Origin: Lama glama
Lineage: Eukaryota
NCBI GenBank assembly: GCA_028534125.1
Contig: CM052818.1
Location: forward strand, 25,360,001-25,424,000
DNA length: 64,000 nucleotides
Direction of reading: 5' to 3'
This document shows, piece after piece, positions 38,225-51,034 of this stretch. The notes below the pieces were generated by a model. That model was not told where the DNA came from. It saw only the letters and a program-made list of their open reading frames with translations, and searched no databases. A program made the position numbers and the translations under genes. Positions within the stretch are counted from its first letter, which is position 1, and every line of letters starts with the position of its first letter.

Positions 38225-38959
38225 AGTGTTCTGCCTATGTTTTCCTCTAGGAGTTTTATAGTAAGTGGTCTTACACTTAGGTCTTTAATCTGTTTTGAGT
38301 TTATTTTTATATATGGTGTTAGAGAGTATTCTAATTTCATTCTTTTATATGTAGCTGTCCAGTTTTCCCAACACCACTTATTGAAGAGACTTTTTCTCCA
38401 ATGAATATTCTTGACTCCTTTGTCATAGATTAATTGACTATAAGTGTGTGGGTTTATTTCTGGGCTCTCTGTCTTGTTGCATTGATCTATGTGTCTGTTT
38501 TTGTGCTAGTACCATACTGTTTTGATGACTGCAGGTTTGTAGCACCGTCTGAAGCTAGAGAGTTTGATTTCTCCAGCTCTGTTCTTTCTCAGAATTGCTT
38601 TGGGTATTCAGAGTCTTTTGTGTTCCTATACAAATTTTAAAATTATTTGTTCTAGTTCTGTGAAAAATGCCATTGGTAATTTGATAGGAATTGCATTGAA
38701 TCTGCAGATTGCCTTGGGTAGTATGGTCATTTTAACAATATTCTTCCAATCCAAGAACATAGTATATCAGAAAGTAAATCTTTAAAAGTTCTTATTATAA
38801 GGAAAGCAAGTTTATAAGTTTTTATGGTGACAGGTGGTACTAGATATATTGTAGTGATAATTTCACAGAATATACAAATGTTGAATCATGTTGTACACCT
38901 GAAACTAATGTTGTATGTCATTTATACTTAAAAAGACATGAAGCATAATGAACTAAACT

Positions 38960-39580
38960 TTTAATCTCCCTGTTGCTCTCCCAGTTAGTAAAAAATCTGC
39001 TTCTTACAGTATTTCTCATCTTAGTAAGTGCATCTACTTCTGGTGCATCTGGCTAGTGGTCTGGGCCCTACCTAACCCTCTCTAATTTCATTTTCTTCAC
39101 TCTCCCTTTCGTGTCTGTACATGCTATTCCCTTTGCCTAGAATATCATTCCTTTTACTTCATCAGTCCACTTTTCACCTAAATTCTATTCACCCTTCAGG
39201 TTTTGACTTTAATCATTTCCAGAACCTCTCGGTTAAGTTAGACCCCCTTTTGTAGCTTCATGGCATCCTTTACTTTAGTAAGAACAATAGTTAATAGCTA
39301 CAGCTAACATTTAGTAAATACTGACAGTGTACTGGTACATAATATTATAAAAGGATTAATAAGGATTTGCTCAGGGTTATATATATACCCTGATCAATTT
39401 GAAGAACTAACATTTGAATTTAGACAATTTAGCCCACACCTAACCTCTTTACTGTTCTGCCTCTTACCATGTTTTTTTTGTTTTTAATTTAATGTCTTGT
39501 TCCCCTCTTGTACTTCTAAGCTCTGCAGGGGAGGGACTGTATCTGTCTTATATTCCTGGTATCTAGCAGAGTATCTATTG
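38960..39580 (+). mobile_element. Degraded L2 fragments
   Basis: atgctattccctttgcctagaat and taagctctgcaggggagggactgtatctgtctta motifs. Confidence 0.5.
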
Positions 39581-40855
39581 AACACATGCAGGTGTGTATT
39601 ATCATATTTGTGATAGAGCCTCATTTACTCAGTCTGAAAATGGATAAAATTTATAAGAATGTCACCTGGAGTTCACAGATGACATTGACCATTTTATCTT
39701 CTAGAAATAAAAGTATCTAAATGTGGAGAAATTAATTTAGTTCATCTGGTAAATCAACTTACTGTTAGTGATCATACATCAAGGAATCTGATCTGTATGG
39801 AGAAGACTGAATAAGTTTTCTCTGCTTTTATGCCTTTGATGCTCTAGATTTTAGAACCCAGTGCTTAGAGGTTATGGGCAGTCAATTGGTGAATCTTATT
39901 AGAAAGATACTCAAGTCACAAACTGCCATCTGTTGATATTTTTAGGGAAACTGCCAAAAAATAAACAGACACACGTGTATTAGGAACTGCTTTTCCAGCT
40001 TTAAAGATGCATCTTAGAATAGATTCGAAACTTAAATTAGGATAGAATAGATTGGGGACACTGGGGTTGAAAAAAATGGCAATTTTATAAAGAGCTGCTA
40101 CCTTTGTCAGGACATTATTGATAAGAGATTTCTGTCACATTTGGAAGACTCTGCGTATTTAAGAAAATGCTTGAAGAAGAATTGAAAAACTTTGAGATTC
40201 TTTTTTTGAGTCAGTTCTTTGTTTTATTGGTGGAAACTCTGTAATCATAGAAAGTAATAAAAATTTGGGAAGATGATATTTTAAAAAAGCAAAATAAATG
40301 AAAGATGATATGACCTTGGCACTTGACATGTGTTTGGAATTTGATGTGTGGAGATATTTTCTGAGGGAAAGGACTTTGAATATTGTCTTTTCCATGGCTA
40401 ATGTACACACAGCAGAAAAGCATGAAAGTCTTTGTTTAAATGAAAAATTCAATTAAAACTCTATTTTACTTTACATATACATAAAGTGTTACAAAAGTGC
40501 ATTAACGTGATGATTATTTTCAGTCAGTTTTGTTTTTTTTTTTTTGAAGGGGGAGAGTAGTTGGCTTATTCTTCCCCCTTTTTTTCCTTCCCTTCCATCC
40601 ATATTCCTGCCCTGCCAGGTCCCTCTAACCCGTGATAATAACCTAGAATATGTCATCCCATATTTTTCTCCATGTTGTCGTGTTCATGTACACATATATA
40701 TTTATAATACATTATACGCACATACAAGTGTGTGTACACTATTTTTTAGGCATTTTCTGTACTTTTTAAGTTTTCTGTCTTACTCAAGAGTACCTTGTGG
40801 ACATCTGTCAAATGGCAAAGCTCTGCTTGCTTCTTATTAACAAGTACATAGTTAT

Positions 40856-41245
40856 TATATTAGTTGACCAGGGCTGCCATAACAAAGCACCACGCCCTTG
40901 GTAGCTTAAACAACAGAAGTTTATTTTATTTCAATTCTGGAGACTAGAAGTCCAAGATCCAGACGTTGGCAGGGGTGATTTCTTCTGAGGCCTCTCTCTA
41001 TCCTTGTGGATGGCTGTCTTCTCCTTGTGTCTTCACATAGTCCTCTCTCTGTGCATGTCTGTGCCCAAATTTCTCCTTCTGGTAAGAATACCAGTCATAG
41101 TGCATTTGGGCCTACCCTAATGGCCCTATTTTAACTTAATTACCTCTTTAAAGATTGTGTCTTCAAATACAGTCACATTCTTATGTGACTGGTAATTAGG
41201 ACTTGAACATATGAGCTTTTTAGGGACACAATTTAGCTCATAACA
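40856..41245 (-). mobile_element. MaLR solo LTR, MLT1A/MLT1B-like (390 bp), inside an old L1M relic (about 40600-41640)
   Basis: tatattagttgaccagggctgccataacaaagcaccac...ttctggagactagaagtccaagatc...ggacacaatttagctcataaca. Confidence 0.88.
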
Positions 41246-43192
41246 ATAATATTCATAATTTATTCAAAGATTCCCTTACTGATGGACATTTACTTCCTAG
41301 TTTTTTGTCAGTATAAGCAGTGCTACAGTAAAATTTTTGTATGCATATCCTTTTATTTCCTCAAGACATTCCTAAGAGTGTGTTTGCTGGACCATAGAAT
41401 ATATTTATTTTTAATTTTGATAGTGGTTGTTGGATTACTTTTTTCAAAAAGTCTGTTATCACATTTCTTCCAGCAAGGTAATAGAATAACCTTTTCCTAG
41501 CATGCCTGTCAACAACAGGTGTTACTGATCATTTAAACTTTTGCTAGTCTCATTGAAGCAAGATAATACCTTTTTGATTCTTTAATTTGCATTTCTCTTG
41601 ATTTTGTTGAATTTGAGGATCATTTCATATGCTTGTATTGGGAAAATATTAAATAAAAAGCTTCAGTGAGATTGTAAAAAATTATTTTAAGAAGAAAAAC
41701 TTGAATTACTGCCTAGATATGTTGCCAGTTCCCACTTAATGAGTTGTTTCAAACTCAAATTGGCAAATTGCTTGGGTTTTGAAATGGTCTCCTAAAGAGG
41801 CAATATTATGAATAATGATTCTCAACTGGCCCTACAGAGCTTGTAGTATAGATAGGATAAGGACTTGGCTTTATTAGGGGTGAGAGAATATTTCTGAATT
41901 AACCACCAGTTAGTTATGTGCTTACACAGGACACTTATTAGATATGTCTAAGTAGAATGTTTCATGTACTTTGAATAATAAGATATACTCAATTCATAGA
42001 AAAAGTTAGATATGCTCAAAAAGACTATTGTACTTTAGTTTTATCTGTAGTTCCCATTTTACTTTAATTTACAGACCTTCCTCCCCCAATTGACTTGTTG
42101 AAGGAACTAGATCACTTGTCCTGCAAAATGTCCAACATTATGAATTTTTCTGTTTACTTTCTTATGGTAATACCTAACTAGTTCCTCTTATCTGTCTTAA
42201 TTTTGAGTACTTCACAGGTGGTGCTGTGGGCTTTACACTGCATCAGTCTGGTCCCAGTTTTAGTGATGCTAATATTGACCAGGGGATTCAGAAGGTGACA
42301 GCCTCAGCCCTCCTTTATAGAGATCAGCTCTTTAATGGTTTCATCTATTGATAATTAATGTCTGAACTTATATTATTCAGGTTGCAAATGGATGATTTTC
42401 TAACTTTGCATTTCTTCTACATTTGTTATCTCGAATCCTTCTGTAAGGGAGAATTCCTCATCAACTAGGGCTATTTGATTATCTTGGAGTATAGTTCAGA
42501 CAGGAAAAGAAGGGTGTATATTAGTTCTTTCAGGAAAAGGAATTGGCGTTCCAGTTATTTCCAGTACTTTTCAAAGAGGTTTTTTTTTTTTAGCATAATT
42601 TTGACCTTATTGATTTTAATAAATTTATTGTCTTTCAATCAGTTACAATTGATTTTGTTTTTGAATTAGTCCATCTTGCCAATAAGAAGCCTTTTTGTGA
42701 TATTCCTGTATTTTTTTTTTTTTTTTATTATGACCCATTCATCTTTGAGAGCTTCCTTGCTCTCTGGTTGTAGTAAGATGTCAAGCTTATATTGTCATTT
42801 GCACTTTTATTTGGAATAAAGCATTAAATGTATGTGTATATTTTAAAAAATTTACTGTGTGAATATCTCTTACTATAATTTAAAATTTCTTCAGATAATA
42901 GTTGAGGTAGAGTTTTTCAGTAACTACATTTCCTATAATTTATAGGGATTTCTTTTTTTGCTGTAAGCTGTGTATTTTTAAAATATAGTAAAAATTTAAA
43001 TTATCTTTACTGTTTTTGTATATACACTTTTTTTTGGCCAAATATAATAGTCCAAGCTTTCTTCTTACAATATGTTTAGGTTCTCAGATTTCTAATTTAT
43101 TTATATTTTGCTCACATGGCCAAATATATGATAAGTAGTCTTAAAATAAATTTTACCTATATCAATCATTTTATTGTAACCATTGATCTTTT

Positions 43193-43605
43193 TTTCCTTT
43201 ATGGTGAATAGCTGACTCTACTCTTTTTTTTTTCCAGTTTTCAGTTTTATTAAATAAAATTGATAGTTTGCACATATTCAGTAAATATATTGCATGTAAA
43301 TACATATATACAATATACTACACATTTTGGAAAATTTACATATATGTACTGTTCATTGTTTCTAAGAACAGTTTAGAGCTTTAGCTTTTAAACTTACATA
43401 GTTATCAAAGGACTAAAGCCAACCACAAAATAAGAAACAACAGAATGCAGTAATCCAATCATAAAGGACAGTCAAATGTGCTTATTACATATTCAAGAAA
43501 TCAGTCATCTGAGTTATAAATAATAAGTAGTTCATTTGTGTCTTTTTTTTTTTTAACATTTCACATGTAAGTAATATCCTATGCATTCTTCTTTCTGTTT
43601 ATGAC
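43193..43605 (-). mobile_element. Retroposed insertion: short L1 3'UTR segment joined to an unrecognised ~290-nt tail with AATAAA and poly-A
   Basis: 14-bp TSD accattgatctttt (43179-43192, 43606-43619). L1-like part about 43525-43605; antisense AATAAA at 43246-43251; T10 at 43224-43233. Confidence 0.8.
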
Positions 43606-43943
43606 ACCATTGATCTTTTCACATTAGTAAAAAAGAAAAATCTTGAATTTTGGTACTAAGTTACTTGCAAATAGTCATTAAATAAGTTCTGTTTACTTTC
43701 TGCAGTTATGACAGCTTGTAGGTTAATAAGTAAATTTATCTCTATCATAAACACACAATAGTTAGGTTGTTTTTCCTTTTTGAGTATTTGAAACACCACT
43801 GGGGCAAATAATTCTCCTTAACCAAAAAAAAATTAAATACAATCAAAATTTTAAAACCACTTATCTGTAAAAAAACAATTTCAACTTTGTTTCCCTAGAT
43901 AAAGTATGTTATAAGAACCTTAAACTAAAGTGTTAAAACTTAA

Positions 43944-44204
43944 ATTTTTTTTAAATTGAACTATAGTTGATTTATAATATTGTATTAATTTCTGGTATAC
44001 AGCAAAGTAATTCAGTTAGACACACACAGACATACACACATAGGTATGTATTTTTCAGATTATTTTTCAATATTACAATATAGTTCCCAGTGCTATACAG
44101 TAAATCCTTATTGCTTATCTCTTAGTGGTTTGTATATGTTAATCCCATACTTCTAATTTACCCCTGCCCCTCCTTTCTCCTTTGGTGATTGTAAATTTGT
44201 TTTC
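43944..44204 (-). mobile_element. L1 3' end
   Basis: ttgaactatagttgatttataatattgtattaatttctggtatacagcaaag...atagttcccagtgctatacagtaaatcc. Confidence 0.85.
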
Positions 44205-44967
44205 TTTTTTTTTTTTTTTTTTTTACATTTTTATTGATTCATAATCATTTTACAGTGTTGTGTCAAATTCCAGTGTTCAGTACAATTTTTCAGTCATNNN
44301 NNNNNNNNNNNNNNNNNNNNNNNNNNNNNNNNNNNNNNNNNNNNNNNNNNNNNNNNNNNNNNNNNNNNNNNNNNNNNNNNNNNNNNNNNNNNNNNNNNNN
44401 NNNNNNNNNNNNNNNNNNNNNNNNNNNNNNNNNNNNNNNNNNNNNNNNNNNNNNNNNNNNNNNNNNNNNNNNNNNNNNNNNNNNNNNNNNNNNNNNNNNN
44501 NNNNNNNNNNNNNNNNNNNNNNNNNNNNNNNNNNNNNNNNNNNNNNNNNNNNNNNNNNNNNNNNNNNNNNNNNNNNNNNNNNNNNNNNNNNNNNNNNNNN
44601 NNNNNNNNNNNNNNNNNNNNNNNNNNNNNNNNNNNNNNNNNNNNNNNNNNNNNNNNNNNNNNNNNNNNNNNNNNNNNNNNNNNNNNNNNNNNNNNNNNNN
44701 NNNNNNNNNNNNNNNNNNNNNNNNNNNNNNNNNNNNNNNNNNNNNNNNNNNNNNNNNNNNNNNNNNNNNNNNNNNNNNNNNNNNNNNNNNNNNNNNNGGA
44801 TTCCTGGGTCATATGGTAAGTCTATTCCTAGTCTTTTGAGGAATCGCCACACTGTTTTCCATAGTGGCTGCACCAAACTGCATTCCCACCAGCAGTGTAG
44901 GAGGGTTCCCTTTTCTTCACACCCTCTCCAGCATTTATTATATGTAGACTTTTTGATGATGGCCACT
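44205..44967 (-). mobile_element. Young L1 3' end(s) on both sides of the assembly gap
   Basis: Long T-tract and young L1 terminus before the gap. After it, ORF2 C-terminal peptide [36 protein letters not shown]. Confidence 0.85.
44298..44797. other. Assembly gap (500 N)
   Basis: Run of exactly 500 N. Confidence 0.99.
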
Positions 44968-44989
44968 GAATCCCTTATCTTTCTGAAAA

Positions 44990-45730
44990 ATATTGTTCTC
45001 GTCTAGTATTTCCTATCCTGGCTCAGTTAGTGCTTTTCTCATTGCAGCCTTACCCCTTAAATAATTACCCAGACGTACCTCATTATTTCTTTTATATCTC
45101 CTGCTGCTTCTACCTTGTTTCAGACGTTCATTATGTCTTTTTACAGAGCATGCAGCATCTTTCCAACTACTTTTGCTTCTTTGTATTTCATCTTCGTTTT
45201 AGCCTATCCTTCATGCGACACAGAGAGATAATTCAGCAAACAGATCTAATTTATGTCAGTGTCTGTTTAAAACCCTTCAATCATTTTCTCCTTCCCTGAT
45301 CACTTCCCAACTTCTTAGCTTGACACACAAGCCTGCCCTTTCTAGTATTAGTTTTTCCCACATGTACTCTTTGGTCCAACTCTTTATTGGTTTCCCTAGC
45401 ACATAAAATCATGTGTCTTCACCTTTATGACTTTATATGCTACCTCTTTAAGTGAAAGCCCTGTTTACTTAACTGCTGCTTGTCATACGTTATTCATCCT
45501 TTGTGCTCCAGTTCAAATGTATTTCACTTGTAAAGACTTCTGATACTCCTCAGGTACCATCAGCAAGGGTCACTTTTTTTTTTTTCCATCACTGTATCTT
45601 AAATATAACTCCATTTTGACCTCATCCCACTGTGTTAAGTCAGTTGTTTATATGTCTAAGCTCCTCTGTGAGCTGAACTCCTTGAGGGTAGATGCCACGT
45701 CCTAATTGATATTTATGTCCCCAGCAAATA
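44990..45730 (+). mobile_element. Degraded L2
   Basis: ctgtttaaaacccttcaa...ctgaactccttgagggtagatgcc...tttatgtccccagca. Confidence 0.55.
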
Positions 45731-46469
45731 AGAGGAGCTGGGGAGTTGGGGTAGGGAGATTGTTACATACATAGTCCTAAAGGCTAATTAACAGGTTCCA
45801 AGAAATGAGAAAATATTTTCAGTAATTTTATTTATGGAAAAGATTTAAGCTCTCTGATTTATCATTGTCTCTTTCAATTTTTTCTCTTTTACGAACGATT
45901 TTTGCTTTGATTTTTAAGTAAGCACCTAAAACATCATACATTAACTAGACAGTCATAACACTCAAAAAGGGACTTTAATAATCCAAATTTTTATTATTTG
46001 CTACGGTAAAGGTTTTGAGAATATCAATTTTATTTCAAATTATCTCATTATATTTGCAAATAAAAGTAGCAGTTCTGGGCTCAAAATGTGACAAGTGCAG
46101 TCTAGAAGACTTTCTAATTCTTCAGAGAGCCATTAGCTAGAAAAGGCTATTAAAGATTCATCAGAATTCAATATGGTGTTTTCTGGCAGTTTACCCAAGG
46201 GGTTCCTGAATGCAGTTAGAGGACTCACGTATCAAACAACTAAGAATTAATACAGACCTAATCCCTTTGCTTTTCCAGATTCCATAAAATCTGATAGTAA
46301 TAGTGAACAAAGTTGCTTCTGAATCTATTAGAAATTACTAGAGACAGTGAACTGTCCAGATAGAAGCAAGCAGTCCTTGAGAAAGGTTTAAAATTTAATG
46401 GGTGGCATCTTTAATTGAATATGGTGATTATACCTTAAAAGAATTACTGTCATGACCTTATATAATCCT

Positions 46470-46519
46470 TATTGTATTTTTAGTGAAGTTTTTGTATTGT
46501 ATTTTTCGTGAAGTTTTTG
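46470..46519. repeat. 25-bp tandem duplication (1 mismatch)
   Basis: tattgtatttttagtgaagtttttg / tattgtatttttcgtgaagtttttg. Confidence 0.9.
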
Positions 46520-49500
46520 CATTTACTCAATTTAAATTACCTAAGTAAGTGCATTTGAAGAAATATATGAAGTTTTCTGTCTCAGTAAACCTAAGTACTA
46601 AATGTTTTTGAAAACTTCATGTAAGAGAAATCCCCCAACTACTTTAAACCCAATTTTAAGTGCACAGTTGCTCTCAGACACCCACACCCTCAGTGCATAT
46701 CAGCTGTAGATAGCTTCTGAAAGCTGTCGTGAGATTTGACAGTATAACCTATTCTGTATGGTCTTGAATAATTTGGATCATTTGATCTATTAAATATCTT
46801 TGAATACCATTTAGATGAGATGGAACACTTAGCTGTAACACCATCTCATAGAAGAGAAGTGTTTTTTTAAAAATTCTATCTGTGTAGGAAATGTAATGCT
46901 GCTTCTGTCTGCTCATTAAAGAAACCACTTAACAGCATCTTCCTTGAAAGAATAAAGAGCAAAGTCTGTATTTGAGGAATTGGTTCTCTGCTTGTCTTTA
47001 AACATTTATCATTGCCCATGTTTTTCAGTCATAGGTTTTGAAGTATTGTTTTGATTTTAAAGAATTAAAATCATTTATTAGTCTCTTATATGAAGGAACC
47101 TTGTGATCCTAATTTGACAGATTTAAGATGTGGTAAAGGTTAATGTCCAGAAACTTAGAACAGTTGACATCATGCATTATTTTCTATTTAAGCCTAGTTC
47201 TTTGATTTATACCTAATAAGTTTTTTTTGGCTATTAGTAACCATCAATGAGTAAAACTTTGAATTTCTAAAATTTTATATATCATGAAAGGTGTCAAACT
47301 TAACATTTTAACTATATGTGCCTGAATTATAAGCAGTATTTTTTTAAACTAAAGCATTTCACCACTGTAGTTATACAGTTCATTTGATTCTACATAATAA
47401 ACATTGATTTTAGTTCTGACTGCCATTATATGTTGAATGGTTTCTGCTTCATGGTGTATGTTTCTGAAATTAACCAGACTCCCTAGTCTTACTGCCACCC
47501 CCTTTCACTCTTAATTTCAAGAAAGAGATATTTTATTCCTTTCACCCCTACAACACAGAGGCTTTGTGTGTATTGCCTAAATGTCAGGGGTTTCAAGTGA
47601 AAAGGAAAGAGAAAATGATTCTGTAAGTAGATAAACAAAGCCTTGCCCAGTCAGAGCATCAACAGAGGAAATAAACAAGGGAACATGTAATTATAATTCA
47701 GTATGACAAACTGGATAAAAAGTGTGGTACCTAGTACAAGGGTTAGCACAGAGCAAAGTATAAGGCCCATATGAGCAGGGACTAGTTTTGATTCATCTCT
47801 TTATATCCAGCACCTAACAGAGCACCTGGCATTTAATAGATCAGTTAAATGAATGAGGTTAATTCTGCCTTAGAAAGAGACAGGAAACGAGTCTTCCCAA
47901 ATGAGAGATCTGGGTTTTGAAAGTCAAATAGGTAGATGAAAGGGTAAGAGAGTGAGTGATAGTCATGGAGAACATTGAACTGCATACTGTGTTCTAGCAA
48001 ACTGCAGATAGTTTGAATTGCTCAGCATAAAGTGTAAATTGAGGAGCAGCTGGAGATGGAGCTATATTAATGAAGAATTGTGTTGTTTCTTTGGGTTTCT
48101 TTGAAAAGCAAAGAACATTTTTATTTAGTATGATCTGATCAATTTACATTCTTCTGAGCATTTTCTAAAATGTGTTTGAGATATCTAAACCACTTCCTCA
48201 AAAGGGTTTTGATATTTTTTAAGTTAATTAGAATTATTGTAGATTAAATATTTTCATCCAAATATTTGTCTATAGTGAGAAGCTTTATGTTGAATTTTTA
48301 GTATGTTTATAATTTTATGTAATATATGGGGTCTTTTGTATAATCAATGATCATTTTACCTTTTAAAAAATTTACATTTTCAGATTATAAGATTTATAAT
48401 GTTGCATTTGCATTTATGACATGCTGTTTATTAGAATATGACCATATACTTCAAGCCAAGTTTTATCTAGAAGCGACTATATAAATAGATACAATTCATG
48501 GACATTTTACTCCTTACGCTGTTGGGGCTGCTGGGGCACTTCCCAGACTCCTCGGGTTTGACAGTCAAGAGTTTACTGCAAAGAGCTTTGGCCTAGACAC
48601 CAGGAGGCCCAGGTTTGACATTACTAATTAGCTACAGGATTGTGGGTATCTCTTTTTTATCATCTGCTAAGTAGAGGGACTGAGTTAAATGATTTCTAGG
48701 GTCCCTTTTAAATATAAAATTAGTGGTTTTTTAAATCTATAGCTCTATTTTATGTGATGCTAGAGCCTTGAACAGAAATGTAACCCCCCAATTATAGGTA
48801 CATTTCCCAGGACTACATCTTAGCGTAACCAGGGGCTGTCTGTACTGTGTTTTTCATTTGTGAGATATCTCTGTGTGTCGGATGATAGTTTTTCTTGTTC
48901 AGCTTTTATAATAAGTGCCCACCTCAATGTTATCTTTGGGATTTTGGTAAGATAGGTGGAGATACCCAGCAAGTAATGCGGAGTATCAGTCTAAAACTCA
49001 GGAGAAAGTCAGGGCTAGAGGTAGATTTGGAGTCATCCACACAGGTGATAAAAATGTGGAAGTCAATGAGATTAGCTGGGGGGGAAAAAAACAGAAGAGG
49101 GCAGACAGACAAGAATGGAATCCGCATTTGAGGGGTGGGTGTAGATATGGAACTCGATAAGGAACGAATAGAAAAAAAGGAACAACAACAACAAAAGAGC
49201 AGAATAGATTGTGTCACTGATACTAAGAAAAGAGAGTTTAAAAAATAAAAAGGACTTGACTTGAGACTCCCTACCAAGAAAAAAAAACAACCCTACCATG
49301 TGGTGTCAGGGTTCACTACTAAAGGAAGATAAGTAGATAAGTCAGCCATGAAGGTAAAGGGTGTCTAAAAAGACAGTTTAGGCGAATGGAGGCATGTAAT
49401 TCAATGTATAAAAATAAAACTTTTGTCAAGTTTCAGTTTTGTTTTTTTTTAAAGGTGTTTTTATCATGCTTAGTGTTGAAGAGAAGTAACTTCATGAGGT

Positions 49501-50880
49501 TCGTTACCTACACACAGTAGTCAAAATGTGATGGCCTGGTGAATGGAAAGCTGAGAAACATGAATTCTGGATTCTCGTCCATACTCCATCCATTATTTTA
49601 ACTGCACAACCATTCAGTCATCTAATAGGGTAAAGAGATTTGTAAACAGATCATTTATAGTCAGATTGGTAATTGCTATACCAAAGATGATCAGAAGTGC
49701 TTGGGCAAATGATTTAAGGCTTTTGAGGCTCAGTTTCTTCACCTGTAAAATAATGATAAATTGTTTTAAATCTCCCACTTCATGTAGCACCCCCCACACA
49801 GTTCTGAATTGTCATAATGTTATTTGCGTCTAAAATATTTTTCTTTAGAAAGTACTGTAAGTGTATACATTCGTATCCATACACATATCTATGTAATTTT
49901 AATACACATTTTAAATTATTGTATGGTATGCTTTATAGAAATTTCCCCACACACTAGGGCTGTCTGTCATACCTTCTCAGCTAATGAGGTGTATGTACTA
50001 GGTAGGATAGACCACACTAAGTGCTCTTGACTAGCGAGTACCGGAGTGCTTTCATCCAGTGAGTGCTCTACCATCCTTGGGACAGTTGGGTGTATTTTGA
50101 AATATGTATTGTTTGTCTCTTGGAACTGATTTTTTGGCATTTTAAAAAGTAGGGAGCATTTTGACCCACGGTGAATGGCAAAGGGATGCAAGTAAAGAGT
50201 ATCATGCTGGCTATTAAAATGTAAGTTTTACAAAAAGCAGTGGCCTGAGATGCCTCCAAAGAAATGGTTGAGGGAAAATGAGGGTGAAGAGCAAGTTATC
50301 TTCCTTAAAGTATAGAGTCTCATATTGTCAGAAGTGCCCATTTTGTATCCTTTGACATAGGATGACTTTGTGTTCAGCAGACATTTATCAAGCTTGTTAT
50401 TATGTGCCCTGCACAATGCTAGATACTCGAGTTACTTTGGTAAATAAGATAAGATATATTCCTCTGGGATTTTATCACTTGGTAGAAAAAATGGAGTTAA
50501 ACAAGTGACAAAAACCTGTAGGAGGTCAGTTTTGCTCAAGCAGTATGTTGAGTAAATGTTATAACCACCACTGGTCCTTGGCAAAAACCATATAAACTGT
50601 ACCATTTATTCCCAGCTCAGCCTCTCCCTCTCTACATTCCCACACCCCAGGGTAACCAGGGTTTAAGAAAAAATACTAAAATTATGCAATTAAGTCTTTG
50701 AATCTCCAGAAGCATGTTAATAATCATGTATGGTACATGTGGCTTGGAAAAAGGTTAAAAATCCAGACTTGGGTCATAATATTCAAATCTGTATTTGCAA
50801 GCCAGACCATGTTCTTGAGTACAAACTCACATTAAAAAAAATTGTTTTGTTTGTTTAGATGAAACAAACCTATATTTTAA

Positions 50881-50902
50881 TTACTTTCCTTTTTGTTTAT
50901 AG
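50881..50902 (+). promoter_or_regulatory. 3' splice site (polypyrimidine tract + AG) of the SOS1 exon
   Basis: ttactttcctttttgtttatAG lies directly before the first codon GTC. Confidence 0.9.

Positions 50903-51034
<132 letters not shown>

Larger units (their letters stand above)
36260..38770 (-). mobile_element. Antisense L1 (ORF2 C-terminus + 3'UTR) inserted in the 3'UTR of the sense L1
   Basis: 12-bp TSD aaagtaaatctt (36248-36259, 38771-38782). Peptides [15 protein letters not shown] and REMQIKTT. Confidence 0.9.
34006..38940 (+). mobile_element. 5'-truncated sense L1 (ORF2 RT to 3'UTR); outer element of the nest, with its own sequence at 34006-36259 and 38783-38940
   Basis: [15 protein letters not shown]...[12 protein letters not shown] and later ORF2 motifs. 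14-bp TSD aagcataatgaact (33992-34005, 38941-38954). Confidence 0.9.

Noticed and set aside
44234..45006. The longest ORFs in the track (172-248 aa)
   Set aside because: They are artefacts of translating through the 500-N gap; the real residues are L1 sequence.
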